Of a stretch of 64,000 bases of DNA, positions 1 to 8,980 are shown in pieces. Positions within the stretch are counted from its first letter, which is position 1. Each line of letters opens with the position of its first letter. Both the position numbers and the translations under genes were made by a program. The notes under the pieces are model-generated. The model worked only from the letters and a program-made list of their open reading frames with translations. It had not been told where the DNA came from and did no database searches. Source of the stretch: an uncultured delta proteobacterium (GTDB lineage Bacteria; Myxococcota_A; UBA9160; UBA4427). The stretch is taken from NCBI GenBank assembly GCA_963822965.1, contig CAWGJT010000010.1, forward strand, positions 800,001-864,000. Direction: 5' to 3'.

Positions 1-537
1 GGCCGCGCGCTTGCGGACGATCTCGAGGTCGGCGTCGGAGACGTGCAGGGCCTCCTTGTGGGAGCGGCTCAGCGGGAAGGGCAGGGACGGCTGGGACAGG
101 ACGGGAGCCATCACGCACTCGTCCACCATCAGGGCCAGCGCGAAGTTCCCGGTGAGGCACATGCCGATGGCGCCTACGCCGGGGCCCCCGCACTCGGCGT
201 GCGCATGCCGGCAGAGGGCGCGCAGCCAATCCGTGATCGGGCTCGAGGCCCGGCGGGCGAGCACGGAGAACTCCCGGCTCACGCAGGCGCGCGCCATCTG
301 GCCCACCAGGTACCCGGTCGAGAGCGGCTTGTCGGGTGTGCCGAACAGGTGCGGCAGGTAGACCCGGAAGCCGTCGTCCGCCACGATACGCGCGAAGCGG
401 GCCACCTCCGGCGTGATCCCCGGGATCTCGTGCATGACCACGACCCCCGGACCGTCGCCGCGGCGATAGACGGTACGCTCCGCGCCGCCGTGATCGAACG
501 GTGCGGAAGTGAAGCCCTCCAGCGGCGCGGCGCTCAT
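1..537 (-). CDS. Dienelactone hydrolase family protein (3' end outside window)
   Basis: Hand translation from ATG at 537: MSAAPLEGF...VVVMHEIPGITP...VGAIGMCLTGNFAL (G-x-C-x-x-G nucleophile motif); GGAGGAG RBS upstream. Not in the ORF track because it runs off the edge. Confidence 0.85.
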   Translation of the reverse strand, partial: MSAAPLEGFTSAPFDHGGAERTVYRRGDGPGVVVMHEIPGITPEVARFARIVADDGFRVYLPHLFGTPDKPLSTGYLVGQMARACVSREFSVLARRASSPITDWLRALCRHAHAECGGPGVGAIGMCLTGNFALALMVDECVMAPVLSQPSLPFPLSRSHKEALHVSDADLEIVRKRAA

Positions 538-745
538 CGCCTTCTCCTCCCCTTCTCTACTTCCTCGCTTCCACGGCTCGTCCCCGGCTGTTGCGCCCAC
601 GTCGGCTCCGGAGCTGCGGGCCGGCGCGGAGCGGGCGGGGAACGGGACCCAAGGCTCCCCCGGGCGCAAGCCGGGGTCAAGCCCGATGGAGGGACGGCTT
701 CGATACCCTCGGCAGCCGGCGGTCCGACGCCGGGAGGAGGCTCGC

Positions 746-1531
746 ATGGATCTGGGACTGGCCGGCCGTACGGCGCTCGTCACGGGCAGCTACCGCGGGA
801 CGGGCGCGGGGATCGCCGAGACCCTGGCCGCCGAAGGCGCCACGGTCTTCGTCCACGGCTTCGAGCCGGGGCAGCCCGAGCCCGTCGTCGAGCGCATCCG
901 CGCGGCGGGCGGGGACGCCCAGCCGGTGGTGGGCGGGCTGTTCGACGATCTCTCGGCCCGATCGCTGGCCGCCGAGGTGCTCTCCCGGACCGGGGGCGTC
1001 GACATTCTGGTCAACAACTACGGTGTCGCCGAGCGCGGGCGCTGGTTCGACGAGACCACGGACGACTGGGTCGCCATCTACCAGAAGAACGTCCTGTCGG
1101 GGGTCCGGCTCGTGCGGGCCTTCGCGCCCGGCATGCGGGAGCGAGGCTTTGGTCGGATCCTGTGGCTCGGCACCGTCGGTGCGGTACGGCCGGGCGCGCG
1201 CATGCCGCACTACTACGCCTCGAAGGCGGTGCTGCCGAATCTCTGCGTCAGCCTGGCGAAGGAGCTGGCGGGAAGCGGAATCACCGTGAACCTGGTGAGC
1301 CCGGGGCTGATCGCCACCGCGGAAGTGAAGGAGCAGATGGCGCGCCGTGCGGCCCGGGGCGACGGCGACGGAGGCTTCGCTGCGGCCCTGCTCGACAACC
1401 CGATCGGACGCATGGCGGAGATCGAAGAGGTCGCGAGCCTCGTCGCCTATCTCGCGAGCAACCGTGCGGGTGCCATCCAGGGCGCCAACTTCCACATCGA
1501 CGGGGGATCCGCGGACTGCGCGCTGCCCTGA
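746..1531 (+). CDS. SDR family oxidoreductase
   Basis: MDLGLAGRTALVTGSYRGTG, DILVNNYG, YYASK, VNLVSPG; GGAGGAGG RBS before ATG 746. Confidence 0.92.
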   Translation: MDLGLAGRTALVTGSYRGTGAGIAETLAAEGATVFVHGFEPGQPEPVVERIRAAGGDAQPVVGGLFDDLSARSLAAEVLSRTGGVDILVNNYGVAERGRWFDETTDDWVAIYQKNVLSGVRLVRAFAPGMRERGFGRILWLGTVGAVRPGARMPHYYASKAVLPNLCVSLAKELAGSGITVNLVSPGLIATAEVKEQMARRAARGDGDGGFAAALLDNPIGRMAEIEEVASLVAYLASNRAGAIQGANFHIDGGSADCALP

Positions 1532-1593
1532 CGGGCGGCCTGCGCCGACCGACGCGGGGCTCCGCCTCCGCGCGCGTGATAGGATTCACCTTC

Positions 1594-3363
1594 ATGCGAA
1601 GCCCCTCGCCGGAGAAGCCGGCGCTGCTGCCGCCGACCACCCGGCGTCGATGCCGCACCGTCGGGCGGCGGCTGGTCTTGGCTTTGCTGCTCCTCGAGCT
1701 CGCTCCCGTGGTGCTGGGCGGCAGCCTCGTCGCCCGCCCGGCCCATGCCGAGGACGCGCCGATCCCCGACGCCGTCGATCTCGAGGTGCGCCAGAAGCGC
1801 AACAGCCTGCTGGGGGTGCTCGAGGCCCTGAAGCGCGAGCGCGCTGCGCTGACGGCGCTCCAGGGTGAGCTCGAGAGCAACCTCGGCCGCGGCCGCGAGG
1901 CGGAGATCGTCTCCGAGATCCAGGAGAGCTCGAAGCGGATCGAGGAGCTGGAGCTGAGCTTCAGCGAGATCGCGTCGGGGGTGGATCCCCGGCTCTTCGA
2001 CGAGAGCCAGGAAGCGCCCATCGACTTCAGCAACGAGCTGCGGGATCTGCTCGGTCCGCTCATCCACGAGCTGCGCCGCATGACGAGCCGGCCGCGGGAG
2101 ATCGATCGCCTCCGCAGCGACATCTCCGACGCCAGGGACCGGCTCCTGACCCTCGACCGCGCCCTGGACAACGTGGCGCGCCTGCGCGAGCTCATCCAGG
2201 ACCCGGTGGTCGGCGAGAAGCTGCGCGTCGAGCAGGCGACCTGGGAGAAGCGACAGGAGAGCGTGCGGACCCAGCTCGCGGTGGCACGCCAGAAGCTCGA
2301 GCAGAAGGAGAACGAGCGCACCACGATCTCCGAGACCGTGCAGCACGTGTTCCAGCTCTTCTTCAAGAGCCGGGGCCGCAACCTGCTGCTGGCGCTGCTC
2401 GCCACCGTGGCCTTCCTGCTGGTGCTGCGCCGGCTTCACCAGGAGCTGCGCAAGCGCAGCCCGCTGGGACGACATCCCACGCCGAGCTTCCGGGCGCGGC
2501 TCTTCAACCTCCTCTTCGCGGTGTTCACGGCCGTGGGCGGGGTGCTCGTCTTCCTGATCGTCCTCTACGTGTTCGGGGACTGGGTGCTCCTCATCCTCGT
2601 GATCCTGCTGATCATGGGGCTCGTGTGGGCCTCCAAGCAGGCGCTCCCCGCATTCTGGACCCAGGCGACCCTGCTGCTCGACATGGGCGTGGTTCGACAG
2701 GGCGAGCGCCTGGTCTACAACGGCGTGGCGTACGAGGTGAAGTCGCTCGGGTTCTACACCCTGATCGAGAACCCGGTCCTCACGGGCGGTGGCCTGCGTC
2801 TCCCGATCAACGACCTGACGGAGCTGCGATCGCGACCCTTCGACGAGAGCGAGCGCTGGTTCGCCACCCGCGAAGGCGACTGGGTCCTGCTCGGGGAGGG
2901 CCGCCTGGCGCGGGTCGTCCACCAGTCGCCGGAAGCGGTGCGCGTGATGTGGAAGGGCGGCGCGGTGCAGGTCTTCCCGACGGCGGACTTCCCCGGCCAG
3001 GCGCCCCTGGTCCTCACGGAGGGCTTCCGTATTTCGGTGACCTTCGGCGTCGACTATGCCCACGTCGCGATCGTCACCGGAGAGGTCGCTGCGCGGCTCG
3101 AGCGCTTCGTCGCCGAGGGCCTGGCGGCGACACCCCACGGCGAGCAGGTGCGCAGCGTCCGGGTGGAGTTCGAGTCGGCCGGGGCGTCGTCCCTCGACCT
3201 GGCCGTGCTCTGCGACTTCCAGGGCGGCGCCGCGGGCGACTACGAGGTCATCAAGCGACTGTTGAATCGGCTGTGCGTCGACGCCAGCAACGCGAACGGC
3301 TGGGTGATCCCCTTCCAGCAGATCACCCTGCACGTCGCGGCGCCCCCGACCCCGGAGGCCTGA
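1594..3363 (+). CDS. MscS-family mechanosensitive channel-like protein with long periplasmic coiled coil
   Basis: Signal-like N-terminus, long helical region, TM helices, C-terminal VTFGVDY...GWVIPFQQITLH typical of the MscS C-domain; start uncertain. Confidence 0.7.
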   Translation: MRSPSPEKPALLPPTTRRRCRTVGRRLVLALLLLELAPVVLGGSLVARPAHAEDAPIPDAVDLEVRQKRNSLLGVLEALKRERAALTALQGELESNLGRGREAEIVSEIQESSKRIEELELSFSEIASGVDPRLFDESQEAPIDFSNELRDLLGPLIHELRRMTSRPREIDRLRSDISDARDRLLTLDRALDNVARLRELIQDPVVGEKLRVEQATWEKRQESVRTQLAVARQKLEQKENERTTISETVQHVFQLFFKSRGRNLLLALLATVAFLLVLRRLHQELRKRSPLGRHPTPSFRARLFNLLFAVFTAVGGVLVFLIVLYVFGDWVLLILVILLIMGLVWASKQALPAFWTQATLLLDMGVVRQGERLVYNGVAYEVKSLGFYTLIENPVLTGGGLRLPINDLTELRSRPFDESERWFATREGDWVLLGEGRLARVVHQSPEAVRVMWKGGAVQVFPTADFPGQAPLVLTEGFRISVTFGVDYAHVAIVTGEVAARLERFVAEGLAATPHGEQVRSVRVEFESAGASSLDLAVLCDFQGGAAGDYEVIKRLLNRLCVDASNANGWVIPFQQITLHVAAPPTPEA

Positions 3364-3411
3364 GCCCGTTCGGGACGCCCCGGCCGATGGTTCGCCGTCG
3401 TCTCACTCCAC

Positions 3412-4740
3412 TCACTCCACGTAGCCGAGCGCCCGCAGCCGCTCGAGGTGATCGGTCCGTGCATCGTCGTCCAGCACCAGCGGGGGGTTGGGCGGCGCGG
3501 ACGACCAGTCCTTCCGCAGCCGCGCCAGGACCGCCCGGAGGGCGTCCCGGCGCTCCGGGTAGAGGCTCGAGACGTCCTTGCGCTCGGCCGGATCCGTGGC
3601 CAGGTCGAAGAGCTCGTCGCGGTCGGCGTGGGCCAGCAGCACGAAGCGGCCGTCTCGCACGCTGACCAGCTCGTCACCGTCGTCGGAGCGCCCGAAGAAC
3701 TCGTAGAAGGTCTCGCTGTAGAGGGTCCGCGCTTCGGGCGGAGCCGGGGGCTCGAGGAGGCTCCGCCCCTCGACGTCCGGAGGCACCGGAAGCTGCAGTG
3801 CCGACAGAATCGTCGGCAGCACGTCGATCACGCTGACTGCGTCGCTCCGCACGCCCGGGGTGGTCCGTCCCGGGATGCGGAGCAGCAGCGGGACGCGCAG
3901 GGTGGCGTCCACCAGCGCGTTGGAGTGGGCGCCCAGCTTGCGTCCGTACTCGCCGAGCAGCTCGCCGTGGTCGGCGACCACCGCGACCAGCAGGTGGTCG
4001 ACCCCGGCGATCGCCTCTACGGCGTCCAGCAGGCGTCCGAACTGCTCGTCCAGCACGGCGCCCTGCTCGTAGTAGCGCTGGCGTTGGGCGTCGGGCGAGC
4101 CCGGACGCACCAAGGCGGGCAACGGCTTGCGGAAGCGGTCGGGGGGCATGTAGGGGCCGTGGGCGTCGTACAGGTGCACCCACAGGAAGAAGGGCTGCTC
4201 CCGCTGGGGCGCCCGCAGCCAGTCGAGGGCCAGGCCGACGGTGCGCGGGCCGGGCCGCCAGTGCCCGGGCTCGGCCGGGCTCTTCTCGGGGCTCGAATAG
4301 GTCTCGAAGCCCTGGGAGAGACCGAAGCGCGGGTCGAGCACATAGCTCGAGACGAAGGCCGCCGTCTGGTAGCCCCGCGCCCGCAGCATCTCGGCCAGGG
4401 TGTCGGCGCGCGCGGGGAGGGCCTGCTCGAGGTAGTCCCGCAGGCCGTGGCGGGCGGGATACTGCCCGGTGAGCAGGCTGGCGTGAGACGGTCCCGTGTA
4501 CGGCGCCGTCGTGAAGGCCCGGTCGAATCGCACGGCGCTGGCGGCGAAGGCGTCGAGTTGCGGCGTCGATCCCTTGCCGCCGTAGGCGCCCAGGAGGTCG
4601 ACGCGCGTGGTGTCCAGCGTCACGAGCAGCACGCTCGGAGGCGCTGCGCCTCGCCCGCATCCCGCGGTCGACAGGATGCAGAGGGCCGGGAGCGCGAGGA
4701 GCGCCAGCCCTCGCGTGCGGCGGGGGCGACCCGTCTTCAC
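3412..4740 (-). CDS. Sulfatase-like / alkaline phosphatase superfamily lipoprotein (non-canonical TGPSH active site)
   Basis: GTG 4740 overlaps the upstream stop (GTGA); lipobox STAGC; VTLDTTRVD, TAPYTGPSHASLLTG, WVHLYDAHGPY, VADHGE, C-terminal LRALGYVE. Confidence 0.85.
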   Translation of the reverse strand: MKTGRPRRTRGLALLALPALCILSTAGCGRGAAPPSVLLVTLDTTRVDLLGAYGGKGSTPQLDAFAASAVRFDRAFTTAPYTGPSHASLLTGQYPARHGLRDYLEQALPARADTLAEMLRARGYQTAAFVSSYVLDPRFGLSQGFETYSSPEKSPAEPGHWRPGPRTVGLALDWLRAPQREQPFFLWVHLYDAHGPYMPPDRFRKPLPALVRPGSPDAQRQRYYEQGAVLDEQFGRLLDAVEAIAGVDHLLVAVVADHGELLGEYGRKLGAHSNALVDATLRVPLLLRIPGRTTPGVRSDAVSVIDVLPTILSALQLPVPPDVEGRSLLEPPAPPEARTLYSETFYEFFGRSDDGDELVSVRDGRFVLLAHADRDELFDLATDPAERKDVSSLYPERRDALRAVLARLRKDWSSAPPNPPLVLDDDARTDHLERLRALGYVE

Positions 4741-5471
4741 GTCGCCGGGACCGGCTGCCGGTCGAGGTGTCGGTAGAAGTGGAACAGGGCGAAGAGGGCC
4801 GCGGCGGACAGCCCGTGCCAGAGCGCGTGACCCTGCAGCCAGTGGTTGGTCGGATCGCACCAGGCGCGGGTCACGTCCGCGAGGGAGAAGGCCGCGGCCG
4901 CCGCCATCAGGCCGAGCGCCAGGGCGAAGAGCGCATAGGGCGGTGCGGGCACTCCCGGCGGACGCCTCCGGGCGATCGCGATCTCCTGCCCCACGATGGC
5001 GACGATCAGGATGCCGACCAGCCCCTGGATGGGGAAGCGCGTCTCCCCGACGAGCGGGACCAACGCGCTGAAGCCCGCGACGCCCCCGGCATAGAAGAGG
5101 AAGGGCCGCGCCACCCAGCCGAGGCGCAGGGCGTTTGCGGTGATCACCGTGAAGCAGAAGACGAACATCCCCAGGAAGTCGAAGAACTGGAAGAAGTAGG
5201 TGTACGACGCGTGGTAGACCCCGGAGAAGATCCCCACCGCGATGCTGGCGGGACCGAAGAGGCCGAGTCCGAGCGCGCGGCCCGTCGCCGGCCGGCGGCG
5301 CAGGGACACGATCATCGCCACGCCGAACACGATGTAGGCGAGGTTGGACCACGTGTCGGCCGGGTTGACCACCCAGGAGCAGAGCTCCTGCTCGCACCAG
5401 TCGACGTTCGGCGGCGTCCAGCCGCTCCAGGGGCAGCCGGGGGGAGGGGCGGAGCGGTGAAGAAGCGGCAT
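4737..5471 (-). CDS. Alkaline ceramidase-like (CREST superfamily) membrane hydrolase
   Basis: VDWCE...ADTWSNLAY, SGVYHAS (SxxxH) and HALWH (HxxxH) motifs; about 7 hydrophobic helices. Confidence 0.85.
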   Translation of the reverse strand: MPLLHRSAPPPGCPWSGWTPPNVDWCEQELCSWVVNPADTWSNLAYIVFGVAMIVSLRRRPATGRALGLGLFGPASIAVGIFSGVYHASYTYFFQFFDFLGMFVFCFTVITANALRLGWVARPFLFYAGGVAGFSALVPLVGETRFPIQGLVGILIVAIVGQEIAIARRRPPGVPAPPYALFALALGLMAAAAAFSLADVTRAWCDPTNHWLQGHALWHGLSAAALFALFHFYRHLDRQPVPAT

Positions 5472-5530
5472 CGCGGCCCGAGCCTACCACGGGAGCCGCG
5501 GCGGGGGACGGGGCGCGCCGCCCGTCGCGC

Positions 5531-7789
5531 TCAGGCCCCGGCGCCGTGGCTCGCGGCGCGGATCGCTTCGAGCAGCTGCTCGGGCTCGTACGGCTTGCGG
5601 AGGAAGCTCACGAGCTGCTCGTCCGGGAAGCTCTCCTCGAGGGCCTCCCGGCTGTACCCCGTGGCGAGCACCACCGGGACGTCCGGGCGGATGCGGCGCA
5701 GCTCCTCGAACACCTCGCGTCCGTCGAGGCCGGGCATCGTGAGGTCGAGCACCACGACGTCGATCTCCTTGGCGTGGGTGGCGAAATAGTCGATGGCCTC
5801 GCGACCCCCGGTGGCTCGCTGGCACGCGTAGCCGGCGCGCCGCAGGAACTCTCCCGCCAGCTCGAGCACGGCCTCGTCGTCGTCGACGACGAGGATGCGC
5901 TCGGGTGCCGCTTCGATCGGCTCGGGGGCGATGGCGATCTCGGGCCGCCGGCGCGAGGGCGGCAGGAGCACGCGCACCCGGGTGCCGCGTCCGATCTCGC
6001 TCTCCAGGGTGACCAGACCGCCGTGGGCCCGGATGATTCCGAGCACCGACGCGAGACCGAGCCCCCGCCCCGAGAACTTCGTGGTGAAGAAGGGCTCGAA
6101 GATGCGGCGGCGCACGTCGGCGTCCATGCCGACCCCGTCGTCGCTCACCTCGACGAACGCGTACTCGCCGGCCTCGGCCTGCACCGCGCCGCTGGCGCGG
6201 GCGAGGTCGCCGGCGTCGAAGAAGCCCCGCCCCGCGCGGATCGTGACGAGGCCCCGACCGTCGGGGAGGGCCTCGTGGGCGTTCGTCACGAGGTTGAGGA
6301 TCACCTGGCTGAGCCGAGAGACGTCGCCTTCGATCACGAGGTCTCCGTCGAGCTGCACGCGGAGCACGCAGTCCCTACCGAGGGAGTCGCGCAGCAGATC
6401 CGAGAGGTCGTGGACGAGCCCCGAGAGCTCGATCGGGGCGAGCGAGACGATGGCTTTGCCCGAGTACGTCAGCATCTGCTCGGTGAGGCGCGCCGCGTGC
6501 TCGGCCGCCGATCGGACGCGTACGAGCTTCGCAGCCGCCGGAGCGTCGTCGGGCAGCTCCTCCTGTACGAGCCGGGTGTTTCCCAGGATGACGGCGAGCA
6601 GGTTGTTGAAATCGTGGGCGATGCCGCCGGTCAGCATGCCCAGGCTCTCGACCCGTTGGGCCGCCTCGATCTGGCGTTCGAGCTCCAGGCGCGCCTCCTC
6701 GGAGAGGTGGGCTTCCGTCACGTCTCGCGCCGCCCCCAGCACGCGCGAGACCCCCGTCTCCGCGTCCGTCTCCGTCCGCAGCTTGACGTCGATCCAGCGG
6801 GGCTCGCCGTCCGGTCGGACGATGCGGTAGCGGCTGACCGTGTTGTCCGCCTGTCCCCGGGCGAGCTCGTGGTCGGCCTCGGAGGCTTCACGGCCGTCCC
6901 CGTGCAGCAGGGCGGCCCAGCGGGCTCCGTCCAGGGTCTCTGCGGGATAGCCCGTGATGCGTTCGAACGCCTCGGTGACCCACTCGCGCCGGATCCCCAG
7001 GTCGGGGTCGACGCGAATGGAGAAGCTGAAGTCCGAGCTCAGCTCGGAGATCGCGCGGTAGCGCTTCTCGCTCTCGGCCAGGGCGCGCAGCGCCTGCTGG
7101 CGCTCCTCGATCTCGTGCTGGAGCGAGGCGTTCGCCTGGGCGAGCGCGGTGGTGCGCTCCGCCACCATCTCCTCCAGAACGTCGCGGGCCCGGCGCAGGA
7201 CGTTCGCGTTGTGCTCGGCCACCGCGTAGAGCTGGATGGCGAGCAGCACCGGGCCCGCGACGAGCCAGGCCAGCAGCATGGGCGTGGGTGCGCGACCCGA
7301 GAGGATGGTGCTCAGGATGGACGCCACGCCCAGCGCCGACATCGCGATCAGGGCCGGCGCCAGCAAGCGGAAGGCGCGATGGTTGCCCGGCCGGGGCTGG
7401 TGGCGGATGGCGATCACGCCGGTGTATCCCGTGATGCATACGGTGGGCAGGCCCATCAGGTTCGCGACGGTGGTCTGATCGGCCATCGAGAGAAGGGTGC
7501 GCAGCAGGCCGTACGCGAAGACGGAGGGGAGAAGCCATTCGGGGGGCCGCCGCTCCATCAGCACCAGCGTGCCGCCGAGGATCAGGGCCGGTGCCACCGA
7601 CCCGTAGACGAGATAGGTGCGGCTCAGCACGGGGTGGCTGTCGTGAAGCGGGATGATGGCGATGGCCAGCGTGGTGAGGCCCCACGAGAAGAAGAACCAC
7701 GTGGCGGGCGACGTGGTTCCCGGACGCATCATCCACAGGCCCAGGAGCACGGTCGCGAGGGTCGCACCCGCGAGGACCGGGTCGTGCAC
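5531..7789 (-). CDS. Hybrid sensor histidine kinase (multi-TM - PAS - HisKA/HATPase - receiver)
   Basis: GGIAHDFNNLL H-box, LNLVTNA, DDGVGM, FEPFFTTK, GRGLGL, receiver ILVVDDD...LDLTMP...KP; start GTG 7789 or up to 7828. Confidence 0.92.
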   Translation of the reverse strand: MHDPVLAGATLATVLLGLWMMRPGTTSPATWFFFSWGLTTLAIAIIPLHDSHPVLSRTYLVYGSVAPALILGGTLVLMERRPPEWLLPSVFAYGLLRTLLSMADQTTVANLMGLPTVCITGYTGVIAIRHQPRPGNHRAFRLLAPALIAMSALGVASILSTILSGRAPTPMLLAWLVAGPVLLAIQLYAVAEHNANVLRRARDVLEEMVAERTTALAQANASLQHEIEERQQALRALAESEKRYRAISELSSDFSFSIRVDPDLGIRREWVTEAFERITGYPAETLDGARWAALLHGDGREASEADHELARGQADNTVSRYRIVRPDGEPRWIDVKLRTETDAETGVSRVLGAARDVTEAHLSEEARLELERQIEAAQRVESLGMLTGGIAHDFNNLLAVILGNTRLVQEELPDDAPAAAKLVRVRSAAEHAARLTEQMLTYSGKAIVSLAPIELSGLVHDLSDLLRDSLGRDCVLRVQLDGDLVIEGDVSRLSQVILNLVTNAHEALPDGRGLVTIRAGRGFFDAGDLARASGAVQAEAGEYAFVEVSDDGVGMDADVRRRIFEPFFTTKFSGRGLGLASVLGIIRAHGGLVTLESEIGRGTRVRVLLPPSRRRPEIAIAPEPIEAAPERILVVDDDEAVLELAGEFLRRAGYACQRATGGREAIDYFATHAKEIDVVVLDLTMPGLDGREVFEELRRIRPDVPVVLATGYSREALEESFPDEQLVSFLRKPYEPEQLLEAIRAASHGAGA

Positions 7790-7931
7790 GCGGTTCCCCC
7801 CCCCCCAAAAGAAGCCTTCCTGAATCAAATTAACACAAGCGTCCCGGCCGGGTGCCGGCGATTGATCCGGCCCCGACGCGTGCGCGGCCTCGCCTGCGGC
7901 GAGATCCGATCGCCCGCGGAACGGCCTGCTG

Positions 7932-8355
7932 GCCCCAATGCGTCATTCCTCGAGCTTCTCGCGTGCCGCAGAGCCCGTCAGCCCTTGCGGACCGTGCGAG
8001 AACGGCGGAACCCGCCTGAGCGCGACAACCTCATCCCCACGAGGTCCTGGCTTCGGGCTCGCATCGCGGCACGGACTGAGCAAGACGCAGCGATTCGGCC
8101 GGCATCGGGAGTTGCGCCCTGATCCGCATGACGGATCAGCGCTGGCCCCAATGCGTCATTCCTCGAGCTTCTCGCGTGCCGCAGAGCCCGTCAGCCCTTG
8201 CGGACCGTGCGAGAACGGCGGAACCCGCCTGAGCGCGACAACCTCATCCCCACGAGGTCCTGGCTTCGGGCTCGCATCGCGGCACGGACTGAGCAAGACG
8301 CAGCGATTCGGCCGGCATCGGGAGTTGCGCCCTGATCCGCATGACGGATCAGGGC
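7932..8355. repeat. Tandem pair of 211-bp MITE-like elements (period 213 bp)
   Basis: 7932-8142 and 8145-8355 appear identical except one base near the right end; imperfect 17-bp terminal inverted repeats; flanked/separated by TG, TG, TA. Confidence 0.85.
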
Positions 8356-8394
8356 TAGGCTCGCGCATGCCGACCGCGAGCCGAGGGCCTGCCC

Positions 8395-8898
8395 ATGGGA
8401 CAGCACGAAGAGCGGGTCGAGACCGTTCGCCGCTTCATCGAGGCGAACGCCGAAGCCGAACGCCGGCGCGACTGGACGGTGCTCGGCGAGTTCTACTCGG
8501 AGGACGCGGTCTACTGGTACGACACGGGTGCGGTCGAGACCCGGGCCCACGGACCCGAGGAGATCTGCCGCCTGGTGCTGGTTCGCGATCAGCTCGGCTG
8601 GCTGAACTGGACGTTTCCCTTCGAGGGGTTCGCGGTCCAGGGCGACCAGGCCTTCACGCGCTGGTGGAACCGGGGCCCCGGGCTGCGTCCCGACGGCACG
8701 CCCTGGCAGGTGCCCGGCATGTCGCACCTGCGCTTCGCGCCCGACGGCCGATTCTGCGAGCAGATGGATCTCTTCGATCTCGGAAAGCTCGTGCAGCTGA
8801 TGGACGAGATGCCCCCCGACCTGCTGCTCCCCGTCATGCGCGACCGCCAGCTTCCGGTGATGCGCAAGCTGGTCGCCCAGGCGATCCAGGGGCGGTGA
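8395..8898 (+). CDS. NTF2/SnoaL-like domain protein
   Basis: VRRFIEA...DWTVLGEFYSEDAVY...GMSHLRFAPDGRFCEQMDLFD pattern. Confidence 0.8.
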   Translation: MGQHEERVETVRRFIEANAEAERRRDWTVLGEFYSEDAVYWYDTGAVETRAHGPEEICRLVLVRDQLGWLNWTFPFEGFAVQGDQAFTRWWNRGPGLRPDGTPWQVPGMSHLRFAPDGRFCEQMDLFDLGKLVQLMDEMPPDLLLPVMRDRQLPVMRKLVAQAIQGR

Positions 8899-8980
8899 CG
8901 ATCGGGCGGCCGGCGCGTCGGGCGAGCTCGTTCCCGCGGCGGGCCGCGCCCACCGGAGCCGGCCTGCTAGCCTGGGTTCC

